Assembly (NCBI GenBank): GCA_977020255.1
Contig: CDROCS010006636.1
Span: 1 to 64,000 of the forward strand
Direction of reading: 5' to 3'
DNA from: Obrimoposthia wandeli
Lineage: Eukaryota
DNA length: 64,000 nucleotides
Shown here: positions 40,761-51,021 of the stretch, in pieces
Position numbering within the stretch: the stretch's first letter is position 1
Layout of the letters: every line of letters begins with the position of its first letter
Position numbers and translations under genes: made by a program
Notes under the pieces: model-generated
What the model saw: the letters and a program-made list of their open reading frames with translations, nothing else
The model's database searches: none
Told to the model about the DNA's origin: nothing

Positions 40761-40887
40761 ATGGTAAACTTGAGCAAGTAACGTTTTCGCTAAACTTACT
40801 TTGCTCAAGCCTCTAAACAGTTTTAATGTAAAAATAAAATTGAGTTAGCTCAACTGATATACTTTTGTCTTAACATACGGATTTTTA

Positions 40888-42567
40888 ATGAAATACCATT
40901 CAATTCTTACCCCTGCATTAACCTCATTATGCTTATTAACAAGTTGTATTGCTTTGGCAACCGACAGCGCTAATGTCTCAGCAGTTGAGGAAGCTCGTTG
41001 GTTTGAAATTGAAGTAATTATTTTTAAGCAAATTACAAATAATTCAAAAAATACCGAGCAATTTTCCCCTAGTGATCTAGCGGCTAAAAAAAGAAAAGCT
41101 ATTGACTTATTAGCACCTTATTTACAACCGGATATAGCCTCATTAAAAAAATTACTGCCAATTTGTGAGCAGCAACAAACAAAATTACCGTATGACATAA
41201 CCATTAAGCAATACAACCTTTGGCCTGAGAGTACTGATACTGAAGAAGCAGCTCTTCTATCAGAAAGCAAAAGCGGTCAAAAGATCAATAAGCCTCAACT
41301 TGATGATAATGAAGATGTAAAGTCTTCAGCCAATATGTCTGTAACTGTTCTTCCAGAAGTTATCAATGAAACAACTGAAGCTATAGCCGAACATAATATA
41401 ACGGAGCAAGGCGAGCAACCACAATATGTCGCGGTTGATGTACCGGTTTATAACCAATATCCGATTAATCGCCAAATGCCGTTATGTGTGATCCCTGCTG
41501 AATTTTTCCAACAGCACTTAACTTCAGAGCAACTTGAAAGCTTTAACATCGATGGTTTCCCCGTAGATAAACTAACAAACACAATCAATGGGCTTGAACA
41601 ATGGCGCGATGATGAAAATGGTGAAATCACCTGGGCAAGCGATACTCCCTACTTAATTAGTCAAGATTCTCTGCGTTTGAAATCTATTGCTAACCGCATC
41701 AAACGATCACGTAATTACGCACCGTTATTGCATCTTGGCTGGCGACAAATTGGTGAAAGTAAAAGAAAATCAAAAGCCATGAAGCTTTATGCTGGTGAAC
41801 ATTTAGACTTGCGATACCAACAAGCAATGGCTAAACAAGAATCTGAGCAACAGGCACTTGAGATACAAGTTATTTTAGAACAAAGAAAACAAGCTGAAGA
41901 GCTGATTCGTAGTCAAATTAATTTAGTTGGCAATGAAACGGCACAAGTAACTACAAATGCTACATCTACCATGACACCTGATAGTGTTACAAACAATGTT
42001 ATAGAGAGTTCTGAATCGTTCAATGAGTTGTCAATAGCAGAAGAATTACGCCAGCAAGCAAAACAGCAACAGCTTGATACTATATTTCAACAACTGTCGT
42101 TAGTGGACAATCAAAAAAGTAACTCTAGCAGCACAAATATAGATAACACTAATGAATCCGTTAACAACGAAGAGAATATCAAAAGTATTGTTGCTGAACT
42201 ATCATCTGATATAACGGTAAAAACTGGACCATTAAGTGCAAATAGCGCAACAGAAAATCAAGAACAAACCACACCACCGTTACAACCTTGGTCAATAGAT
42301 GGGCTTTTTAAGGTGCACTTAGATCATTATCTGTATATCGATACCGAGTTAAATATTATTGACTCATCTAATAACTCATCGACACTAACTGCGAAACAGA
42401 ATAAAACATCAAATCGAAATAAAGTAATTTCCTTTAAACAAGATCGCCGAGTGATCACCGGAGAGATTCATTATTTTGACCATCCACACATCGGCATGGT
42501 AGTACAAATTAGACGTTTTGATCCGACAAAACCTGCTGATGAAGCGGTTAGCCAGTCGAAAAAATAA
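40888..42567 (+). CDS. csiV: CsiV family peptidoglycan-binding protein with long insertions
   Basis: Signal peptide; RWFEIEVIIF, LLHLGWRQ, HLDHYLYI, GEIHYFDHPHIGMVVQIR. Confidence 0.85.
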   Translation: MKYHSILTPALTSLCLLTSCIALATDSANVSAVEEARWFEIEVIIFKQITNNSKNTEQFSPSDLAAKKRKAIDLLAPYLQPDIASLKKLLPICEQQQTKLPYDITIKQYNLWPESTDTEEAALLSESKSGQKINKPQLDDNEDVKSSANMSVTVLPEVINETTEAIAEHNITEQGEQPQYVAVDVPVYNQYPINRQMPLCVIPAEFFQQHLTSEQLESFNIDGFPVDKLTNTINGLEQWRDDENGEITWASDTPYLISQDSLRLKSIANRIKRSRNYAPLLHLGWRQIGESKRKSKAMKLYAGEHLDLRYQQAMAKQESEQQALEIQVILEQRKQAEELIRSQINLVGNETAQVTTNATSTMTPDSVTNNVIESSESFNELSIAEELRQQAKQQQLDTIFQQLSLVDNQKSNSSSTNIDNTNESVNNEENIKSIVAELSSDITVKTGPLSANSATENQEQTTPPLQPWSIDGLFKVHLDHYLYIDTELNIIDSSNNSSTLTAKQNKTSNRNKVISFKQDRRVITGEIHYFDHPHIGMVVQIRRFDPTKPADEAVSQSKK

Positions 42568-42642
42568 AGTACCAAGACTTACTCTGAAAAATACAAAACT
42601 CGAACTTATTATCAACAAAAAATCACTGTAAAGGTTAATAAA

Positions 42643-42930
42643 ATGGATAAAGAAATAGAAATTCAAGCAGCAGTATTTCGTCGTTTACTAGCACACTTGG
42701 ACTCACGTAAAGACGTACAAAATATTGAGTTAATGAATTTAGCTGGTTTTTGCCGCAATTGTTTTAGTAAATGGACAGTGAGTGAAGCCGAAAAGTTAGG
42801 TGTAGACGTTGATATAGATACTGCGCGTGAGCAGGTATACGGTATGTCTTACAGTGAATGGAAAGAAAAACATCAATTGCCAGCAACAGATGAACAGATG
42901 GCTAAATTTAACGAGCTAAATAAGAAGTAG
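42643..42930 (+). CDS. DUF1244 domain protein
   Basis: EIQAAVFRRL...DVQNIELMNLAGFCRNC...YGMSYSEWK. Confidence 0.9.
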   Translation: MDKEIEIQAAVFRRLLAHLDSRKDVQNIELMNLAGFCRNCFSKWTVSEAEKLGVDVDIDTAREQVYGMSYSEWKEKHQLPATDEQMAKFNELNKK

Positions 42931-42960
42931 AAATTTAGTTAGTAATGAGATTAGTCGCTG

Positions 42961-42990
42961 TACTTCAGTATTCGATCAAATACTGAAGTA
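42961..42990. terminator. hairpin between convergent genes
   Basis: TACTTCAGTATT / AATACTGAAGTA perfect 12-bp stem. Confidence 0.65.
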
Positions 42991-43024
42991 TCACTGCAAG
43001 ATGTTAGCTGCTCTCAGGTGAAAG

Positions 43025-43768
43025 CTATGAAAACTGAGCGATTTCATCTTCAGTTAAGTCACGCCATTCTCCTGGGGCTAAATCACCCAAGGTTATGTCT
43101 CCTATCTGTTCTCTGTGTAAACCCACTACCCTATTACCTACCGCTGCAAACATACGTTTAACTTGATGATATTTACCTTCGGTAATAGTAAGTAGTACTT
43201 CACTTCGATAAGAAGCTTCATCAACCAAGTTCTCTTTTTCTACCCGCGTTAATATTGCAGGTCGAGTAAGCGAGTCTTCACCTTGAAGCTGAAGTCCACT
43301 GTCAAACCTAGCAACTAAAGCTGATAACTTATCATCATCAATTTCACTGCGTAGCCATACACGGTATGTTTTTTGGCACTGCTTTTTCGGAGAAATAACG
43401 TTATGCGACCAGCGACCATCATCGGTGATCAATACCAAACCAGTGGTATCAGCATCTAATCGGCCCGCGATGTGCAAATCGAAAGCTTTATCTACCTCAA
43501 GAGAATGTAATACTGACGGGTAGACTTCATCAACATTTGAACAAATGGTGTCTACTACCTTATGTAAAATATAATAGCGAGAGCCACGTGCACTAAGTTG
43601 TTGACCATCGATAGTAATAATATTGTTTTCATGTACTTGCATTGCTGCATTTTTAGCAACTTCATTATTAACACGTACCTCACCACTTTTAAGCACTTTT
43701 TTAGCTTCGGTTCGGGTGAGTTCAGTACTTTTACAAATAAATTTATCTAAGCGCATATTGGCAAGCAA
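43025..43768 (-). CDS. rsuA: 16S rRNA pseudouridine(516) synthase
   Basis: MRLDKFI S4 domain, AGRLDADTTGL, ITEGKYHQVKRMF. Confidence 0.92.
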   Translation of the reverse strand: MLANMRLDKFICKSTELTRTEAKKVLKSGEVRVNNEVAKNAAMQVHENNIITIDGQQLSARGSRYYILHKVVDTICSNVDEVYPSVLHSLEVDKAFDLHIAGRLDADTTGLVLITDDGRWSHNVISPKKQCQKTYRVWLRSEIDDDKLSALVARFDSGLQLQGEDSLTRPAILTRVEKENLVDEASYRSEVLLTITEGKYHQVKRMFAAVGNRVVGLHREQIGDITLGDLAPGEWRDLTEDEIAQFS

Positions 43769-43947
43769 GGCCTTACTATCAATGAAAATAAGCCGCTATT
43801 ATCCGCATTGCTTATCAACAAGCAATAACTAATCTCATTTAGTTGTAAAAATGAAAAAATTAATAACTATTATTAACTATAAAAAAAAATTGATTATAAG
43901 TTAAGCTGTTATTATTAAATATAATTTTGTTGTAGGGACATAGCATC

Positions 43948-46900
43948 TTGAAATTTATACCAAAGCTAGCACAGCACACTATTCGATTTACCGTGGTGAG
44001 TATTTTCATTTTAGCTACGGTTGTTACTGCCGTTATTGCTATCAGTTTGCAATATCACTTCAGCAAAAATATGGCGACAGAATCCGCTAGCCAACTATTT
44101 TCATTATCGAGTCAAAAAACACAAGAGCATTTACAATCACTTGATCAAAGAGCTAAAAATATTACTCGCATGTTTGCTAAATTTGGAGACCTTGTTGAAG
44201 GTAATAAGGTAAGTAATTCTGTCGGGCCTGTTTTTTCAGAAGTGCTAAAGTCTAGTAGTGACTTTTATGCAGTATATATAGGTTTTGGAAATGGTGATCT
44301 CTATGAATTAATCAATTTAGACGCTAGTCCACTAATTCGTGCACAAGTCGATGCTTCAGTTTCCGACCGCTGGCTTATCATTGAAGTTAATGGCGAAGCA
44401 AGTAATAGGAAACGAGTCTTTAGTTATCTTAATGAAGACTTTACTGTACGAATAGCCCGTGAAGAATACAGTGATTATGACGCGAGTGTTCGGCTATGGT
44501 ATTTAAACGCTAAAATGGGAGAGGTGTATAAAACTGCCCCCTATATGTTCCAAAATTTGCAAGCCCCGGGGCAAACCTATTCAGCTAAAATCCCTGGCTC
44601 TGATGCTGTCCTTGCAGTAGATATTGCATTATCTTCTGTTGATCAATATTTAACGCGTCAAGGAGCTGCACAGCACGGTAATAGAGATAAAGAAGTCTAT
44701 TTATTTCAAAAGTCAGGGGAGATAATTTCAAGTAACCAAGGCAATATAACTAAGACTGCTGATATAAAAGTCAATAAAATAGCACTGTCCGATAAACAGA
44801 AGCAACTGATTGCAAACACCCCTCCGCTAAAAGTATCTAATGAGACTGATTGGGCCCCTATGGATTTTTCAGTCTCAGGGCAACCAAGAGGTTATAGCAT
44901 CGAAATGCTTTCTTTAGTTTCTCAGATGACTGGCTTAACATTTGAATATACCAATGGTTTTACTTGGCTTGAGTTAGTTAAAGAGTTTGAAAGCAAGAGC
45001 ATTGATCTACTTCAACCTGTATTCAAAACAGAAGAAAACAATCAAAGAGGAATATTTTCTAAAACATTTATCAACTTACCATTTACAATTATAACCCAGA
45101 AAAATGTAGATAAAATAAGCAAATTAAGCCAGTTACAGGGGAAAGATTTAGCAATTACTCAAGGTTGGTCAAACACAAAGACCCTTAAACAACATTTTCC
45201 AACTATTAATATTATTGAATACCCTTCAAGTAAAGCTATGTTAACAGCTGTGGCACAAGGGGAGGTTTTTGCCGGCTTTGATAACGAAGTTATTTTTCGT
45301 TACACCCAACAGCAGTTTTTTATTAAAAATATTCAATATCACTCCGATATAAACTTTTATCCAGCAGATTTAAAAAACTCATTACATTTCATGCTGCATG
45401 AGTCACAAACCGAGTTAATGGCCATTATTAATCTAGCTATAGATAATATTTCGGAAAAACAAAAAAATTCACTTAAAGCTAAATGGTTTAATGAAAATAA
45501 AAAACAGACCAAACAAGGAGTAGTCCCCTATGTGGAGTTAATTGCGTTAGCTGATAATGCCCCGCTTCATGGACAGCTTGTGCCATTAGTGATAAATGAT
45601 ATCGAGAGCTTTATCTACTTAACACCTATTAATCTCAGCGAAACAGAGTTTTTAGCCATAATAGTACCGCGTGAAACTATTTTGGCCCCCAGTGCTGCAA
45701 AGGTAAAGTTGTCAATTATCATCACAACAATTTGTTTATTGCTCGTGCTGCCGGTGAGCTGGATTTTTTCCAGCCCGATAGTGAAACCTATTAAGTTACT
45801 TGCTTTAGAAAATGAGAAAATTAAAAACCGAAAGTATGAGGAAGTCGATTTAGTTAAAAGTAATATTAAAGAAATTGATGACCTTGCCTCTTCATTAGTT
45901 GAAATGTCTGTTGCGATTAAAGACCATGAGCTAAAGCAGCAAGAGTTGATGGACTCTTTTATACAGCTTATCGCACAAACTATCGATGATAAATCGGCTT
46001 ATACTGGCGGTCACTGCAATAGAGTGCCTGAATTAGGCTTAATGTTAGTGAATGAAGTTGTTAAAGATAATAGTACCTTTAAAGATTTCTCATTCAAGTC
46101 CAATGATGAATACCGTGAATTTAAAATTTCTGCCTGGTTACACGATTGCGGGAAAATTATTACTCCTGAACATATCGTTGATAAAGGCAGTAAACTTGAA
46201 AGCATCTATAACCGTATTCACGAAGTAAGAATGCGCTTTGAAGTGTTATGGCGAGATGCTGAAGTGAATTATTATCAGGCTTTAATAGAAAAACCTGAAC
46301 AACAAAAAAAATTAGGTCAATTACTCACAGAGCAACAGCGACAATTAACACAAGACTTTGCTTTTGTAGCCAATGCTAATGTCGGTGGAGAGTTTATGGC
46401 TGAAGATAAAGTTGAGCAATTACATCTCATTGCTCAGCAAACTTGGCAACGTCACTTTGACGATACCTTAGGTTTATCTCCAGTAGAAGAGTTACATTTA
46501 GCTAAACAAAACGAACAGCAAGGTGACCAACAACAAACGGATGTGCAATCAAAAATTCTTCCTGTAACTGAACAGTTATTAACAGACAAAGCAGAACATA
46601 TTATTAAAAGAGATAATCCTGTCAAATTCGATGAAAAACTTGCTATAAAGATGTCTGCTCCTGAACATCAGGCTAATTTGGGTGAGTTATATAACTTATC
46701 TGTTTCTCGTGGCACATTAACAGCAGAAGACCGATATATTATCAATGAGCACATTATAGGTACGATCAAAATGTTAGAGCAACTGCCTTTTCCTCCTGAG
46801 CTTGCTAATGTTCCTCGATTTGCTTCAACACACCATGAAACACTTATTGGCACGGGTTATCCAAGACAGTTAACTGCTGAGCAATTAACTGTCCCTGAAC

Positions 46901-47139
46901 GAGTATTAGTGATTGCTGATATTTTTGAAGCTTTAACAGCTGCTGATAGGCCCTATAAAAAAGCAAAACCCTTAAGTGTATCAATTAATATTTTGCATAA
47001 ATTCGCACTTGATCAACATATCGATATTGATTTATTCGAGCTATTTTTAACTTCTGGTATTTATTTAACCTATGCCAATAAATACATGAAAAGCGAACAA
47101 ATTGACGAGGTTGATATCACTAAATATCTGCGTGTATAA
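43948..47139 (+). CDS. membrane HD-GYP cyclic-dinucleotide phosphodiesterase with Cache-like and PBP sensor domains
   Basis: TM; periplasmic Cache-like region; SBP_bac_3-like WAPMDF..GQPRGYSIE; HAMP; YTGGHCNRV, LHDCGK, HHE..GTGYP, ADIFEALTAADRPYK. Confidence 0.9.
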   Translation: MKFIPKLAQHTIRFTVVSIFILATVVTAVIAISLQYHFSKNMATESASQLFSLSSQKTQEHLQSLDQRAKNITRMFAKFGDLVEGNKVSNSVGPVFSEVLKSSSDFYAVYIGFGNGDLYELINLDASPLIRAQVDASVSDRWLIIEVNGEASNRKRVFSYLNEDFTVRIAREEYSDYDASVRLWYLNAKMGEVYKTAPYMFQNLQAPGQTYSAKIPGSDAVLAVDIALSSVDQYLTRQGAAQHGNRDKEVYLFQKSGEIISSNQGNITKTADIKVNKIALSDKQKQLIANTPPLKVSNETDWAPMDFSVSGQPRGYSIEMLSLVSQMTGLTFEYTNGFTWLELVKEFESKSIDLLQPVFKTEENNQRGIFSKTFINLPFTIITQKNVDKISKLSQLQGKDLAITQGWSNTKTLKQHFPTINIIEYPSSKAMLTAVAQGEVFAGFDNEVIFRYTQQQFFIKNIQYHSDINFYPADLKNSLHFMLHESQTELMAIINLAIDNISEKQKNSLKAKWFNENKKQTKQGVVPYVELIALADNAPLHGQLVPLVINDIESFIYLTPINLSETEFLAIIVPRETILAPSAAKVKLSIIITTICLLLVLPVSWIFSSPIVKPIKLLALENEKIKNRKYEEVDLVKSNIKEIDDLASSLVEMSVAIKDHELKQQELMDSFIQLIAQTIDDKSAYTGGHCNRVPELGLMLVNEVVKDNSTFKDFSFKSNDEYREFKISAWLHDCGKIITPEHIVDKGSKLESIYNRIHEVRMRFEVLWRDAEVNYYQALIEKPEQQKKLGQLLTEQQRQLTQDFAFVANANVGGEFMAEDKVEQLHLIAQQTWQRHFDDTLGLSPVEELHLAKQNEQQGDQQQTDVQSKILPVTEQLLTDKAEHIIKRDNPVKFDEKLAIKMSAPEHQANLGELYNLSVSRGTLTAEDRYIINEHIIGTIKMLEQLPFPPELANVPRFASTHHETLIGTGYPRQLTAEQLTVPERVLVIADIFEALTAADRPYKKAKPLSVSINILHKFALDQHIDIDLFELFLTSGIYLTYANKYMKSEQIDEVDITKYLRV

Positions 47140-47428
47140 GTAGCAAATAAGGATGTCACCTGAAAGTAGACTAACAACCTTTAAGTTTAAGTTTGAGGTT
47201 TGCGGTTTACAAAGTAAATTTCGATTTGCGTAGATTGGCTACACCAAGTGATAACATGCCTTGTTTAATAATATCAGGGCATACAATCCCTATTACGGCT
47301 TTGGAACTCAGTTACACAATTAAAAAACTTGTGATAACACGGTCGATAGCTGCAAAAAAGGCTTCTGAATTAATTCAGAAGCCTTTGATCAATTAAAGAA
47401 ACTACATCACTTTATTATTCAATAATAG

Positions 47429-50377
47429 TTATCTAACAACCTTACTAAGTTCATTAGTAAAACACTGCTCAGTGCGACAAATACTCTTATCGTTCAAGGC
47501 TTGTTTGTAATCTTCATCACCTTGATGGGCAGTACCAAAACTTCGCACAATAATAGGTTGAGTTGTTTCTATTATTGAAGAGAAAAACACTTTCATATCG
47601 CTATGAGTTAACTTTTCAACTTCAGCAATAATTTTTTCTTTACTATTAAAATCAAACATTTTGTCATTAATTTCTGACCAGTAATGTCGTGTTCGCTCAT
47701 TTAAGTTCTTATCTTTGGCCTGTAAATCTTTAATCAGCCCTTGCTTATATTCATCAAATTTTTCAGCGGTCATCTCATTTAATGTCACTTTGAAATTAGT
47801 CATGAATTGATCGATACGGCGTTTTAATTCAACCGGCCCTGCTTTGGGCGATTGAACTAAAAATGATAATCCAGGTAGATTTTCTAACTTAGTATTTCGT
47901 CCACTCACAATATAACCAAGTTGCTGATCAGTACGAATAGATTTAAAGAATGGAGCACTAATCATGCTACCAAACAAACCATATTTAGCGCGATTAGCAA
48001 ATGAATCATCATTACTAATGTAGCTTTCAACGATGGTTGAATCGTTATGATCTACCACTAACTCTTGAATTAATGCATGATTGGTATTGTTTAGCTTAAC
48101 AACTTTATTGGCACGTTCTTTAGCTACAGAGTTGCTCATATTAAGTGCATGAAGCGTTTTGCCCAATTGAACCGACTCTGCTTTGAGCATATTACCGTGT
48201 ACCAATACTTCGACTTCAATCTCCTTATGGAAATCGTTAATATATTGCGCTAACTGTTTTGATGTTACCGTAGAAAGTTCACTGGCTAATGCTTTAGCTG
48301 AATAAACTTTACTACGTTGCATTTGTCCTAACGCTGAACGTGCTTGGCTATATGGGCGATCAAACTTAGCATTGTTCCATTTACGTACTAAGCGCTCTTT
48401 GTGTAAATTAAAAGCCGCTTCATCGATATCCAAATGTCGAATGCGTTTATTAATAGTACTTAATAGCATGGCTTGCTTTTCATCATAACCATTTACGCCA
48501 AAGCCCATTCCTGCACTAGTAGACCAAACGTTATAGTATAATTCAGCTTCTTTAGCGGGATAACCAAATTCATTTAAGCTGTCTTGTAATAACGCACTAT
48601 AAAGATAGTTTTTAGCGCGAGATAGAGCACTTTTTCCTGCTTGGTCAGAGTAAATTTGTACATTAACAGATGCTTTAGGAACTCTAAATTCAGTGTCTTG
48701 CTTGTGCCATAATGTAAAGCCTGACTTTTCAAAAGCGATGACTGGCTTGTTCGCATCAGACTCAACTTTTTTCATTGTTAGGTTAGTAGCAATAAATGGG
48801 TTAGGTGCTGGCAACGAAAAGGCATCAATGCTTTTAGGTGATTGATAACGACTCATCTCTTCTGCATTGATTTTACTCATTGCATAAGGCGTGTTGTATT
48901 CAGGTTGCACTTGATCCGTTGTTAACCCTTTAGCAACTAACACTAATCTCATATTTTCAGGTGTTATCTGCGCCAAGTATTCAGTAATTAATTGGTGAGA
49001 ATAGTCATTATACAAATAACCTTCATTTAAAATATTTTTTGGTGAAAAATACTGTAACTGTCTTGAAAGGTTGCTAGCGGTATCTGCCGCACCCTGTTTC
49101 TCTACAAAATCAAAACTATTTTTTGAGATAGCCGCTTGTTCTTTAAAGTACTGTTGGTTGTATTTCTCATTTGATAACAATTGTAAATAAGCAAATACTG
49201 CTTCAGTGACTTGTTGATAATCAGCTAAACCTTTAGGTGTCAGTGTAATTCTTACAGTAAAACGCTCAAAATCATCTGGACCATAAGCGCTAGTACCTAA
49301 AGATTCTATTAACCCTTGGTTTTTAAGGTGGCTATATAAGCTGCCTTTGCCTTCTTGACCTAATAAAGACGAGATAATAGTAAGTGGCTTTTCTTCAAAA
49401 TACTGAGTTGACTTGGTAACAGGAAATGCCAATGTTAACTTTCTTATATCTTTCATCGGCTCTATATTGATTTTTACGCCTAACTGCTCAGGTAAATAAG
49501 GCTCAACTTTTGCTGGTGTAGATTTTGAACCATTATTTGGAATGGCTGTAAATTTTTCACGTGCCCATTTCTCTAATGTGTCTAGGTCTTCACGACCTAC
49601 CAATGAAAGTGACATACGGCTAGCCGTATAGTTTTCTTTATAAAGCGCTTTTAAGTCATCAATAAGTGCATCATTTTCGCGATCCGCTAATGTATCTAAA
49701 TTACCTACCGAAAATTGACTCGATGGATGTTCAGGGTTTCGAGTATCTTTTAATACTTCTCTAATACGGCGAGCATCATCTTTAATTTTCATGCTGTATT
49801 CAGAGTGAACCGCATTTTTTTCACGGTCAACGTATTGCTTATCTAAACTAGGTGAGATAAAAAATTGTGCAAAACGATCCGTGGCTTCTTCTAAAGAATC
49901 TTGATTTACTTGGAAAAAATAATTGGTATGTTCTTGACCTGTTCCCGCATTTGACCAACCGCCATTCGCTTTTAAATATTCATTGTATTCACCCACATTC
50001 GGGTATTTATCGGTACCTAAAAACAACATATGTTCTAAGAAATGAGCAAGACCTTCGCGATCTTTAGGATCGGCCATATGGCCTATATGTACATCCATTG
50101 AAGCAGCAGATTTATCAGCGCTACTGTCAGAAACAAGTATCACTTTTAAGCCATTATCAAGCTCAACATAACGGTATTGGCGTTGATCATTTTGACTTTT
50201 AACTACCGTTTCTTGATTCGCTAATACCGATTGAGTGTTAGCAGTAGACTCAGTAGTGTTGCAACCACTAAGAGTACTAACGCCTAAGGCTGCGGCAACT
50301 AGGGCTGCGATTAAAGTATAATTGTTATTTCTCATTATTATCCTTGTGCTAATGACTTTGTAGCCACTAATATCCAA
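47429..50377 (-). CDS. M16A insulinase/pitrilysin (PtrA-like) metalloprotease, lipoprotein
   Basis: HFLEHMLF inverted Zn motif; lipobox LSGC (likely start MRNNNY). Confidence 0.92.
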   Translation of the reverse strand: MDISGYKVISTRIIMRNNNYTLIAALVAAALGVSTLSGCNTTESTANTQSVLANQETVVKSQNDQRQYRYVELDNGLKVILVSDSSADKSAASMDVHIGHMADPKDREGLAHFLEHMLFLGTDKYPNVGEYNEYLKANGGWSNAGTGQEHTNYFFQVNQDSLEEATDRFAQFFISPSLDKQYVDREKNAVHSEYSMKIKDDARRIREVLKDTRNPEHPSSQFSVGNLDTLADRENDALIDDLKALYKENYTASRMSLSLVGREDLDTLEKWAREKFTAIPNNGSKSTPAKVEPYLPEQLGVKINIEPMKDIRKLTLAFPVTKSTQYFEEKPLTIISSLLGQEGKGSLYSHLKNQGLIESLGTSAYGPDDFERFTVRITLTPKGLADYQQVTEAVFAYLQLLSNEKYNQQYFKEQAAISKNSFDFVEKQGAADTASNLSRQLQYFSPKNILNEGYLYNDYSHQLITEYLAQITPENMRLVLVAKGLTTDQVQPEYNTPYAMSKINAEEMSRYQSPKSIDAFSLPAPNPFIATNLTMKKVESDANKPVIAFEKSGFTLWHKQDTEFRVPKASVNVQIYSDQAGKSALSRAKNYLYSALLQDSLNEFGYPAKEAELYYNVWSTSAGMGFGVNGYDEKQAMLLSTINKRIRHLDIDEAAFNLHKERLVRKWNNAKFDRPYSQARSALGQMQRSKVYSAKALASELSTVTSKQLAQYINDFHKEIEVEVLVHGNMLKAESVQLGKTLHALNMSNSVAKERANKVVKLNNTNHALIQELVVDHNDSTIVESYISNDDSFANRAKYGLFGSMISAPFFKSIRTDQQLGYIVSGRNTKLENLPGLSFLVQSPKAGPVELKRRIDQFMTNFKVTLNEMTAEKFDEYKQGLIKDLQAKDKNLNERTRHYWSEINDKMFDFNSKEKIIAEVEKLTHSDMKVFFSSIIETTQPIIVRSFGTAHQGDEDYKQALNDKSICRTEQCFTNELSKVVR

Positions 50378-50894
50378 TTGTTTGTAGTAATATACACGCT
50401 AAAATAGTGTTAGTGAATGTATAAAGCACGCAATATGTAACATTAAATTCACTAAATAATCACCTTAAATTAACCTTTTGCCTTTTTCTTGTAAAAAGGA
50501 TATTCAAAGGATCAACTTTCCCCGCTAGGCACTTTTTGGGACATTCATTTTTAGCTTGAGTTTGGCATCTTGATTCGAAAGACGTGCAGACTGGATTTTT
50601 ATGTTTTAGCGAGAATCAAAGGCATAATTATGGCGTTTTTCTAGTTAGCGCTGAGGTGGGATCAGATTAGTTAAAACTGAAGATTAAATTTTATCCGTTA
50701 TCGATAGTTGACAAAGGCTCGTCGCAACTCGATATCAGTTCAAATCATGCCTGTCACTTTTGGGGAGGTATCACTACAGGTTTAGTCTAGAAGCGCTTTA
50801 TGCTGCGTTATTGTTCTACAATAACGCAGCATGGCTGTAGTTTATTAGAGTATGCTGGTGCATATTTTACTGAATAGCTATTATCTTTAATCAA

Positions 50895-50955
50895 TTCCTT
50901 GCCTAAAGGCGTTTCTTAATCCCAGCTGAACCCGCATATTGAAGTAACATAGGTA
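50895..50955 (-). mobile_element. MITE end remnant related to 8098-8164
   Basis: CCTTGCCTAAA...AGCTGAA...GCAT...GTAACA shared with 8103-8155. Confidence 0.55.
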
Positions 50956-51021
50956 CAACATAATCAGGTAACTGCCATTTTTGAAGGGCAAGCTCAGCTT
51001 AATTGACTAAAGCCAAGTTAC

